64,000 nt of DNA from Gammaproteobacteria bacterium. Lineage in GTDB: Bacteria; Pseudomonadota; Gammaproteobacteria; JAPPPA01. The DNA is taken from assembly GCA_030425645.1 (NCBI GenBank), contig JAUHZK010000002.1:192487-256486 (forward strand). Direction: 5' to 3'. Position 1 is the first letter of the stretch. Each line of letters opens with the position of its first letter. Shown here piece by piece: positions 44,301 to 56,300 of this stretch. The notes under the pieces are model-generated. The model made no database searches. It worked only from the letters and a program-made list of their open reading frames with translations, and had not been told where the DNA came from. A program made the translations under genes and the position numbers.

Positions 44301-47300
44301 GTCATAGACGTAGTCATAGTAAACATGGCCACTATCAGAATAATGCGACTGCCCTGCCACCATGACCGCTTGCGGGTTATAAGGCTGACTTGAAGGCACT
44401 AAGCGGCCACGCTCCACCACCTCGCTCGCCAGTGGCAATCGATCAGGCACAGCAAACACACCAGTGCTAGCAGCAGAAGTGCGAATGGCCTCACACAGGG
44501 GTGCCAGCGGTAGTGCTTGGCATTGCGCCACTAAACCTTGTAATAGCTCTGCAGCTTCATCAATACCGACTAGGTCGTACAACAAGTTGTAGACGCAATT
44601 CACCCCACTTTCGTCAGGTGAGCAGCTACTGATATCAGTCAACTGGCCTAACGCCCCAGCGCAGACGTTCGGGTCTTGGGAGGCCATGCAGTTAATTAAC
44701 GATTGCTGCAGCCCCTCAGCGCTGCCGGCGGCTACCACCTTCAGATCAATCTCAGCAACCGTGCTGTCAAAGCCATCATCGGCAGTTAGAGCCAGACGAA
44801 TCGTGCTACCACAACCCGATACTAAGGCCTCACAGCTTGGCGCAGTAAAGCGCACCTCGGAACCACCATGCGGCTGCCGCAGCGGTGCTACATCACCACT
44901 ACTCCAAGTCAGCACGAGTGCATCAAAGTTCACATCGCTCACTGCCGCCGCCAACCGCACCGGTTCACCGGCAATCACGTTAAAGCTTTGAGGCATTTCC
45001 ACGCTAGGAGCCGTGTTGTTATTGACGGCTCCATTGTAGTCATCACGGGCAAAGCATGGGCCAGAGCCACAGGTGTTGATGAAATGGCCATCCGGCGACA
45101 TAAAGGCTGCTTTTTGAGCATAACCACGAATCGTACTACGTGGATCACTGTGAGGATCCCGGCCCCGGAATGGCGGCGTATTGTTGATTTCCGACGGTTG
45201 CGTACCGCCACCAAAGCCGCTGTCTTTGGGACCAATATCCCAATAAACCAATACAGAATTCTCGCTGTCACCCTCTGCGACCGGATCTAAGCCCCAAAAG
45301 GCATTATCACGAGCGTTGTGACGGCCATCCATCACCGCTTTAGCGCTGTCACTTGGGTCAGGAGAGTAGATGCGGCCGCCCATCGAGCGCGCACCAACAT
45401 CAGCCGAGATATCGGCCACTTGGTGGTCACCAAATGCCACGTGAATCAGTGCTTGGTGATCAGGCACGTCATGGCCTAAGTCACGAAATGCGCTGGCATC
45501 TTGCAAGTGGTTGGCATAACCATTGGTTTCTGCCCGGTCCCACAGCATTTGCATCATGCTTAGTACCAAACTTTGGTCGAGCGAATTCCGATAGCTGGCG
45601 TACATCACCGCACCGTAGCCATTGAAATCAACAGAACGGCGTAACAAGGTGCTGTAGTTCATACCGAACACGCCCAAGGTGCCACGCGTAATATCGCTAG
45701 AGGTGGCTAATACTGTGCCGCCCATAATGCCGCCTTGGCTGTTGCCGTCATAATAGACTTCGCTGTTATCAAACAGCGACGCACCATCTTTTTGGAAGGC
45801 CGGATGTGAAGCAAAACCGTTGTTGTGGCGCAAAGCGCGGGCAAGGTAATGCCAGTTAACCATGCCCTGCTGGGAACGATCAGCCAGCGTTGGGAAATGG
45901 GATACGTCAGTCAATATGGCAGCCACATTCGCGATATCACCGGTAGACATACCAATCCAATCAATCGCGCAAGGCATATAGTTTTCAGCGCGCGCAAAGT
46001 TCATCGCACTACCGCCGGTACCTTCACCTTTACCACCTAACAAGCCATGGCCGTATAGATTTGGACGAGCCGGGCCATCAGTAAATGCCTTCTGCGGAAT
46101 TGAGCACACAAACTCAACGGGCTGCTCAGCGATGCGGCCAAGCCGGTCTGGCAAGCCATCACCCCACAAACCACGATGATCCGGCTCATAGTTCAAGCGT
46201 CCATACACTTTAGGTAAGGCAGCCACGGTAAGCAGCTGATCTAAACCGCCAGCCATCTCGGCACTAAACGGCGCGCCGTTTTCTTCTGCAGTTGCAACTA
46301 CTTTACGTAACTCATCACAAAAACCCACCATCAACGGGTCGGTTGGCGCATCGCAGGCGCTATCTGGTGTTGTTAAATAACTCGGTACAAATAAGCGGCC
46401 ATAAATACGGCGTGGAATACTATCGCCTTCGCCACGATCTTCGACGCGATCAATGGTAAAGCGCGGCGCAGCACAGTTAGCGTCGGCTGACTCACTACCG
46501 TCGTAACTCACACAGTCGTTTTCGCCACCATTGGTGTCCAACGCATATAGCGCGTCATCGCGCATGTGCAACAAGCGACCGGCTAAGTTGCGGGTACTGG
46601 CTACGGTTAAGTCCCAAGCAAGGTATAAGTCACTGGTTGGGACATTTGCGGCCAATAGCTGTCCCAACAAGGCGCTCATATCGTCTGCACGACGGTTTAG
46701 CGCTGGGATATTCGTGCTCTCACCATCACGGAACACTTTGAAGGCTTCTGGCGCTTCAATTACGTTCAGATCCGAGTCACGCAGGTCGCGTAGCGCAACA
46801 ATATAAGTAGCGCCGTCTTTAAAGTTTTTAGCCGGACGAATCAACAAGGCGGGACCTGGGTTTGCCCATGGATCTTGACCGGGCAAGGCTGCGCCACCGT
46901 TGTCGTAGCACTGCTGACTAAACCCTTGCGAGAACTCGCGAGCATCATCTTGGCCACCCAAGCCGAATACTTCTCCGGCTCCATTACCCAAGCTACAGGT
47001 TTCAAAGGCGGTTCCGTTGGCGTCCAACTCTGCAAATACAGGATGACGCACTAAGCCGCTATCGGTTACTTCAAACACCATAACGGCGCTATCGGCCGGG
47101 AGGTCTTCGTTGTTCTGTAAGCGATCAAGCATTGGTACCGAACTGGCATGCGCATCGGTCACGTGCAAATCGACACCGGGCACCACGAGTTGAATCATCT
47201 GCCCTGGCGAGAAACCGTCATTCCGATTCCACTCAGTTGGGTCAATCGGTTTGCCGGCCGTATTGCGAGGCATAGCGGCGATATTGAAATTCACTCGCTT

Positions 47301-50300
47301 GCCGGTATCTGTGAAGTTATCCGGCGCAGTAAAGTGATTCGATGGGAATGGATACATGCAGTAACTAGGGTCAAGCATGTCACAACCCATCACCTCGGCA
47401 GCAATGGCATCCGCGGCCAAGTTCAGGTCGTAAGGCGCGTCCGCTGATGGCGCCTGTAGCCCAAATAGGCAAGATGGATCTGGGTTCTCTGCACAAGCTA
47501 TCAAGCCAGGATCGCGTGCGGTAGCCTCATTAAAAACCCCAGCTAGAACACAACTTTCTGCCATTAGATCATCAACACAGCTGGCCGCTAAATCTGGCGA
47601 CAAACGTTCTAGCACAATGGCTAATGGGCAGCGGCTATCGTCTGGCGCCACTTGGCATATCGCCGCAACGCTGGCTCCAGGAAGCCCTACATCACCGCTA
47701 TCTGCCTGTGGCGTTAATACGCCAACAGCGTTATCGACAGCAACCCAGGCACCTTGGTCATCCTCGGTGTATAGCGGCAGGCCAACCGTGCCTGTCACGT
47801 TCACAAGCGGCACGGTCACATCACGTGACGGCGAGCCAAAGAACTGTGGGTGGCTAGCGTAAAACAGCAACGCCAATTCATCGCCGGGTTCTAAACGTTC
47901 GGCAATACCCACCAAGTCAACGGTGTGTTGACCTAGGCCACGGACGGGCATCACTTGATCGTCGATTAAACCGTAATTCGGTAAGGCACCCGTCTTACGG
48001 CCCAAGCCTACAAATACAATGCTATCGCAGCCGACTGGGTTATCCATACCAGTCGCGTTACAGGCATCAAGCAGCTCATTGCCGCCAGCCAAACTACTGA
48101 TGGTGATATCAACAGAAGGCAAACCAGCTAAAACGGCGGGCTTTAAGATCATTCCAAGCGGCGCAGGTACTGGCAAATTGCCGGAAACATGAGGCTGGCC
48201 TGAAACCCCGTTGCTGGGTACAGGCGCGATCGGGGTTACATTGCGAGTGGTGTATTTGTTACTAGCACCACTAGCAATAACATCACTTTCCGCCAACGCA
48301 ATAGTGTCACCTTCGGTGCCTAACGCGAAGCAGGTGTCATCTAGCAGCTCTACCGTTTCACCGTCAGCTAACGGTTTCAGACGCTGATCAAACCATTTAT
48401 CGTCGTCAACATCACAACCGCCGCTATTCATCGGCGGCTTATCCGGCGCTTGCGCAAACGGTAAAGCATGGCCGCCGTTATGGGTGTAAAGCGACACGTC
48501 GGCGCCAGCGTCTAGTAGGCACTGGTAGTTCCACCAAGCTTCGTTGTAGTTAAACAAGGTGTCGACCATGCCCTGAGTAATAAGAACATCTAAGCCAGCA
48601 AAATGTGAGCGAGCGTCGAAGCTATTCGCAAGCTCGCCTTTATACTGTGACGGCACAAGATAGTCACCAATACCTGGCTTGCCAGCCACCCTATCGGGCA
48701 CGTTATAGCTCGCTACCGCATCAATCATCGGCACGGTGTCTGTGGTGTATTCAGGATATTGCATCGCCGACAAACCATTGGCGTCGCACCAATAACCAAG
48801 GCCGTGGTAATGGAACCAATCCAAGGCTTGGCGAGGAAATTCATTCAAGGCTGCGCCACGCGCTAAGGTCTCTTTGATAAACGGATCTTGCCCGTCTTCA
48901 TGCGGCAAACCACCACTGGAATGACCAACGGCTTCGCCAACGCCAATTAGAGCCACATCCCATAAAGACTTAACGGTGTCGCCCGGGTTAAGGCTATTCC
49001 GCAAGTCATGCCAAGTAATGTCTGGCGCAATCGCATCGAGTCGTTTTTTATGGTCAACGGTGGCAATAAGTAGCTGATAACCACCGCCATAACTGCCACC
49101 TTGAGCACCAACAACTAGGTTAATGCCATCGGCTTCACTAATAGCCGTTGCCGGGCGAGCGACAAACTCGCCATATTCAACGCTTTCAGGATCTTCATTA
49201 CGCCAAGAAAGGTAATCTAAGTTTTGCTCGGCCCAATCAAGAATCTGTAGCAAGTACTGACCTTCAAACTCCGGGTCCATGACGCGCACCGTGCCGCTGG
49301 TTTCACCAAAGCCGCGAGGGTCCCAAGAAATAACGGTGTAACCATTCTCTCGTAGTCCATCAAAGCCTGAGGTTGAACGCGAACCAGAATAACCCGGCCC
49401 ATGCAGCATTAATGGATGAGCGCCAATACCGTCATCACCACAAAGTACGCCAACCGGCTCAAGAACTTGGAAGCTCACTTCGTAGCCGTCATGGGTTGGC
49501 AGCTTCACTTGATAGCTTTGGTCTCCAGCAAGGTTTTGACCGCCACCAGCACAAGCCGCGTATTCCACCACAGGGCACCCTGCGTCGGTTGTTTCAACCC
49601 CCTCCATCGTGTTCGGACAAACATCATCGGCATTTGAAATGCCATCATTGTCATCATCTAATTGGCTTTCGGCACATCCATCCGCGTTAACGACGTCACC
49701 GGCAGTAGTGTCTTCACAGAGATCTACATCATCCTCTTTGCCATCAGCGTCAGAGTCTCTCTGCAAGGGATCGCTACCATCTTCAACCTCTTGGCCGTCC
49801 GAAACATTGTCGTCGTCCGTATCAGCATTGTTGGGATCGGTGCCACGCAACAACTCTTCTGTGTCAGATAAACCATCGCCGTCAGAATCGTTCAAAACGC
49901 CGCTCGAGCGCAGCCAAATTGGAGCAGAAACCAATTGATGGGCATCAGTTAGGCCGCAGTCTGCATCCTTCTTACAGACCACAACAAAGTGCCAATCTTC
50001 GTCCGCGCTTAATGACGTGCTTACTGTGTAAGACACACTTAACTCTGAGCCACCTTCGGCGACAGCACCTAATGGGGTTACCTCAGCGTCACTTGCTTCC
50101 GCATCGAAGCTACGGCCGCTAATCAAGACCACTTGGTCGCCTGCCTGGGCATTGCTTAAATTAATACTGAACTCAACCGCCTCTCTTGCAGATAGCTCAA
50201 CAATGCTGCCCATCCAGTCACTATTATTGGCACCGCTATTGATATAGAACCGCAGATCTCTCAATAGGTCACGATTACCATTTTCCGCATCTCGATCGGT

Positions 50301-53300
50301 GTAGCTACCACCTCTCACTGCCATCGTGCGGCGGTTGGCTAACGCCGCGTAATAATCTTTAGGGCTACGGCCTTTAGTCAATACAACTGTCTTGTGCTGC
50401 CCAGGACTAGACCAGTTAGTGCCGTGGTGATCCTCTGCTGCTACCGGAGACAGGTGCCAACCTTTTTGCAGGCCTTTGACGAACCACTCAATATCATCAC
50501 CACCGTTGATTTCCATACCAAAGACACGGGCATCGATTTGAGCGTCGATATACTCAAGGTCATTCCAATTGGCACCGCGGCCGATAGCGGCACCAGCCGC
50601 TGCGATCGCATGTGTATGCGGGAAGCCTCCATCAAACGGTGTCAATTTAGGATTGCCGCCGGGGTGATTAAAGGTAACCAAAGCGTCCGCACCACCGCCT
50701 TGGTCAACATCTTCTTTTAGCCAATTCCAAAATTGTTCCATGTCCAAATAGCTACCATCTATTTTGGTATTGGTAACGTTGGTAGAAAGGTAAACGTTGA
50801 GGTGGTTGTAATAGTCGTTGGTCCATTCAAAACCACGCATAGCCGTGAAGCCTGTGTAATTAATTTGGCCATTAACCTCTTCGGTGTCGCTACCCTCTTG
50901 CGCTTGTTGCAAGGTCGCGGCCCACTTCACGTAATCATCGTTACTTAAGAGTTGCTCGCACTTAAGCAACGTCACAATGCCGCCCAAGTCAGCGCTAGCG
51001 ACGGCGTTTGCCCAGCCACTTGGATCCTCGACTAGACCAATGCAGCTGGCGCTAGTAGTAACAGGAAGCTTTTCATTGTCTGAGTGTTCTGAAGACAACA
51101 TAAAGTCCAACTGCACGCCATTTTCCCCGGTGCGGCCAGCACGGAAATAGTCAGCAGGTATGGAATTAGGGTCGCCGTCTGAATAAGAACTGTGCTCATG
51201 TACTGCACCTAGCATATACATGAAGTCACCGTCGCCTTCTTCACCAACGTAATCTGGGCTCTCATCTACCAAACCCAGTTCAGGGGCTTCACAAAGAGGC
51301 GCTATCCATTGGTAACCACAGACTTCACGCAGTAAGTTGCGGGCGCTTCCAACCACAGCACACTCGGGGCTAAAGCCAGCTTCGGTGTCTGTACAACCGC
51401 CATCTGCCGCTTCTTCTGCGGTGAGCTTGGTAAGCTTTTCAGCTGCAGCGTTAGCGACCAAGCCGTCCGCAGTTTCGCCATAAAGGGGCACTCTAATCGT
51501 GCCACTGATTGCGACGGCCGGAATGGTCAAATCACGCGATGAAGTAATAATATGTTGTGGGTGATAGCCGTAAACCAGTAGCGCTAATTTGGCGCCAGCA
51601 TCAGTTTTCGCCAAGACCTCAGACACACCAATCATATCGATACTGTGTTCGCCTAAACCGCGAATAGGGATGATCTGGTCGTCGATCAAATCCCAATAGC
51701 CACTGCCATCGTTATAACCCAAACCAGCATAAACAATGCTGTCACAGCCTGTGCGTGTGGTAGGCACGCCACCGAACAAATCATCAGCTTGTTCACAGAA
51801 AGTTTCGTTTCCTGCCGGTGAACTTTGAGAAACTGGTACTGAATTGACGCTGATATCCAACCGAGGCATACCTGCCAACACAAGGCCTTCCTCGTCAACT
51901 TCAGCCAGTTCAATAACCGTTGGGCCTTTTGCCACCAGCGCCTGTGCTACAGGACCATTCGGAATAGGCAAATCGTTGCTGATAGTGAATGAGGTCGCTT
52001 CTGCTAGGTCAGCATCCGGATTACCTTTGTTGGCAATCAGCTCGGAACCACTTAACACCCAAGACTTATCACTATCTGAAATACAAACTTGGTTTTCGCC
52101 AGCAGGTAAACCTGAGTTGAAGTTATTGTTGCCACGCAACTTGCTATAGAGCCACGCTTTTTGGGCTCCACCTAAGCCATCACCATTGCAGCTACTGCCA
52201 TTACCTGATGAGTCTTGGAAACCAGGCACTACGCCGGTTGGTGAGCCATAGCTGGTAGGCTGCGCCGCATCAGGGGCCGCCAGCGGCAAAATATGGCCGT
52301 TTTGGTGCGTCATTAAACGAACATCACCACCTCGGGCACCGAAGCATTGGTAGTTCCACCAGGCTTCGTTGAAGTTAAACAAATTGTCCCGCATACCTTG
52401 GGCAAGTAAGACATCAACCGGCTGCAAGCCGTCGTCACCCTCGGCATCGACGACTCGCTCTGTGTTACGCGTACCAGGGCTAACCGTTAGGCCGCTTACA
52501 GTGGTGTTTGGATCAACTATGTCCCAAGTGCGATAGTTATACGGCATGGTGACGTCGGTTGGGCACCAGTAAGCCGAGCTGTTGTAGATGAACTGTTCAA
52601 TGGATTCACGAGGAAATTCATTGGTCGCCCCAGCACGTGCCAGCGTTTCGATAACAAACGGATCCAACCCTTGGTTACCACCGGTGTAACTGATGGCATT
52701 GCCCGCTGCGCCCATAAACAAACCCCAACCAGACTTAACCGCATCGCCGGGGTTAAATGAGAATGCCAAGTTATGCCAGGTTTGGTCTGGCACTAAGGCG
52801 TCCATACGTTGTTTAGGGTCAATATTGGCAATCAGCAGCTGATAAGCACCACCGTAACTACCGCCCGTCGCACCGACAACAAGGTTAAGGCCAGACTCAG
52901 CGTCAGTACGCTCATCTACTCGGCTAGAACCCGCAAAGCCTTCACCCTCTAGATGGGCGCTGGTAAGAACGCAGTTAGCACTATCCCGTCGGCATGCACT
53001 GTCATCGCGGAAGGCAGCAAAATCTAGGTTGGTTTCCACCCAATCCAACAGAGCGATTAAATTCTGACCTTCATGATCGGGGTCTAAAGCACGAATGCTG
53101 CCGCTACTATTGCCAAAACCGCGCTCATCAATCGTAATCACGATAAAGTCATCTAAGTAAGCCGAAAACGAATCGCGATTAGTCGATTTAGTACTCAGGA
53201 AACCATGACTATTCAGAATCACTGGATAGGATTCATCACAATCAATGTTTTCTGGCTCCATTACATAGAACGCAAAGGTTTCACCGTCCCCCGCCGCCGC

Positions 53301-56300
53301 TGGCATTATGACTTCATAGCCTTGGCCAGCCTCTAGGGCATTGCCGGTTGCGCAAGACGCTTGCTGATCAAACAGACAACCATCACCACCTACCGTTTCA
53401 CCTTCTGGGGTACCGGGGCATTGGTCGATGTCATCATCAACACCATCATTGTCATCGTCGTTATCACAAACGTCGCCATCGTCATCGCCGTCGGCATTGG
53501 CTTGGTCTGGGTTATCTACCAACGGGCAGTTATCGGCTCCGTCGTCCAAGCCATCGTCATCATCATCGTTGTCACAGGCATCACCCTCGGCGTCGCCGTC
53601 CGCATTTGCTTGATCAGGGTTATCAACTAATGGGCAATTGTCATTCTCGTCTCTAACACCATCTTCGTCAGCGTCGTCAGGGTGACCGGCATCACCGCCG
53701 CTCAAAGCACTTTCGGGGTCAATCGTCACATCAACAACAAACTCGCCGGCGCTGTTTTCAACCAAAGCGTATAGCGGCAAGTCAACCGAGCCATTAATGG
53801 TGACGAACGGCAAACTAGGATCCCGCGAAGCAGAAGAAGCAAACTGCGGATGCACCGCATAAAGCAACAGGGCCAATTCATCGCCCACCGCCAAGCGTTC
53901 TGCCACACCGGCCAATTCAACCGTGTGATCACCTAAGCCTCGAATCGGCTGTAACTGGTCATCAATCAAACTAAAGTTAGGCGCACCGGCAGCTTTACGG
54001 CCTAGGCCCACTAAAGTAATGCTGTCACAGCCGATCTGGTTATCCATGCCGCTTAAATCACAGGCCGCTTCATTAGCGCCATTTAGGCTGGCCACGGTCA
54101 CTGATAGGCGTGGAATACCCGCTAAAACAGCACCTTTACCCTCAACAAAGCCAAGCGATACAGAAACCGCCGCGTTACCGCTAGCGTGAGCGGCGCCGCT
54201 GGCGCCATTAGGTATCGGCAGTAACGGTGCCACCTCGCGATGCGTGTAATTCTCAACGTTCGCATTGGGCGCCAGAACCTCATCAGCATTCAGGGTAATA
54301 CTGCTGTTATCGCCTAGCGCAAAACAAACTTCTTCTTCACCAGGGTCTACTTCAGCTTCCGCTTTCAGGCGGGCATCAAACCATTCTTTCTGACTATAAG
54401 AACAACTGCCACTGTCGTTGCTCGCGTTGTCGGGCGCTTGCACATACGGCAGCACATGGCCACCGTTATGCGTGGCAACATCGACACTGGCACCGGCCGC
54501 ACTCAAGCACTGATAGTTCCACCACGCTTCATTGAAGTTAAACAGGGTATCGATCATGCCCTGAGTAATGAGTACGTCGAGGCCGTTGAAATGCTGAGCT
54601 GGGTTTTCAGATTCCACTAAACGGCCAAAGCCTAGGCGACCATTATCTTGTTTTGCAGGAACTCCATACACAGGGTTGACCTGCGACACCACCATCGGCA
54701 CTTGATCTTCACTGTATTCGGGGTAAGGCATGGTTGGTAAACCAGATGCTTTACACCAAGCACCGAAGCCACCGCGATATGCGAACCAATCTAGCGATTG
54801 ACGTGGCCAAGTATTGTCAGCCACGGCGCGAGCCACCGTTTCTTGAATGAATGGATCTTGGCCATCTTCCAAAGGCGACGTACCCGGGTTTTCTAACAAC
54901 GACGGCGAACCCGTCGCGGTGCCCATCGCGGCAAGGAATGCACCCCAAACTGTCTTAACCGTATCGCCAGGATTAAGGGCATTACGAAGGTCGTGCCAGG
55001 TAATATCAGGAATAATGGCATCTAAGCGTTTACGCTCATCCATCGATAGCGTGAGCAGCTGATAACCACCACCGTAGCTACCACCTTGTGCACCAACCAC
55101 CAAGTTAACGCCATCGGCGACACTGCTGCCTTCGTCAGTCATAGAGGCGCCAGCTGGACGCTCAACGAATGGGAATTGGCCGTTTCCGTTAGGCGTTTCA
55201 TCACGCCACGCTAGATAGTCGAGATTCTGCTCGGCCCAATCCAAAATTTGCAGCAGATGTTGGCCTTCGTAATTAGGGTCCATACCCCGCACTGATCCAC
55301 CCGCGGCACCGAAGCCATTGGGATCCCACGAGATCACGGTATAACCCGCGCGACGGTAGCTTTCAAAACCAGAGGTTGAGCGAGAACTGCTATAACCCGG
55401 CCCGTGCAGCATCAGTGGGTGTGCACCGTCAGCAATACGGCTGCAATCAATACCAGTGCCGTTTTCCGTATTGTCATCGCTGTCTAACGGTTCCAGTACT
55501 TGGAAGCTGTTGGCAAAACCATCTCGGCCAGGTAATACAACGTGATAACTACGGCCACCTTCAAGCAGCTCAGATGCTTCACAAGAAGCATTTTCAACCT
55601 CAGGCAGCTCCGGATCGACCACGCCGGTATCACCAAATACGGCACACACACCCTCCGGTAGATCGAGTGCTTGGCACTGTTCAGCTAGCGGCGTCTCTGG
55701 GTCCAATAAATCACAGAATTCAGCTGGACCGCCGACTTCGCGACACTGAGCCGCGTAACTACGTTGTACGTAATCGATATTGAAGCCGGCCATGCTAAAT
55801 AGGCAATCGCGACTACTCGGATCGTCTTGGCAAGCAACTAAGTATTCGGGCAAGGCATCAGCGGAGGCCGCGCTTTTGCCAAATAACGGCAAATAACCTT
55901 GCAGCCTAAGCAACGGTGCCGTTAATGGCCCCAGTGATACAAACTCCTCGTAGCCAGTAAACGGCACGATTAAGCCGGCATCGCCGCTTGCATCAAGATA
56001 ACGAAATTCTTCTTCTGGAATAATGTAGCCAAAACTGTTCTGCGTCAGCCCCAGCAACATTGTGGTTGCATTGTCTGACGGTAGACCTCGCAGCCACTCT
56101 CCAAAGGTACCGGTGGTTTCTCCGGGTATGGTAATAATTTCTAGGCCGTTTTCCGCACCACCGATGGTGATCCGGCTTACATCTGTAACAGCGTAAGGCG
56201 CTAGTTGCGGCAAGTACTTTGCCTGCTCTCCCAATAGGGGCAATTGATCAGTGTATTGACCCGCTTCGGTAAAGTCATAGTAGCCATTGAATGCACCCAA

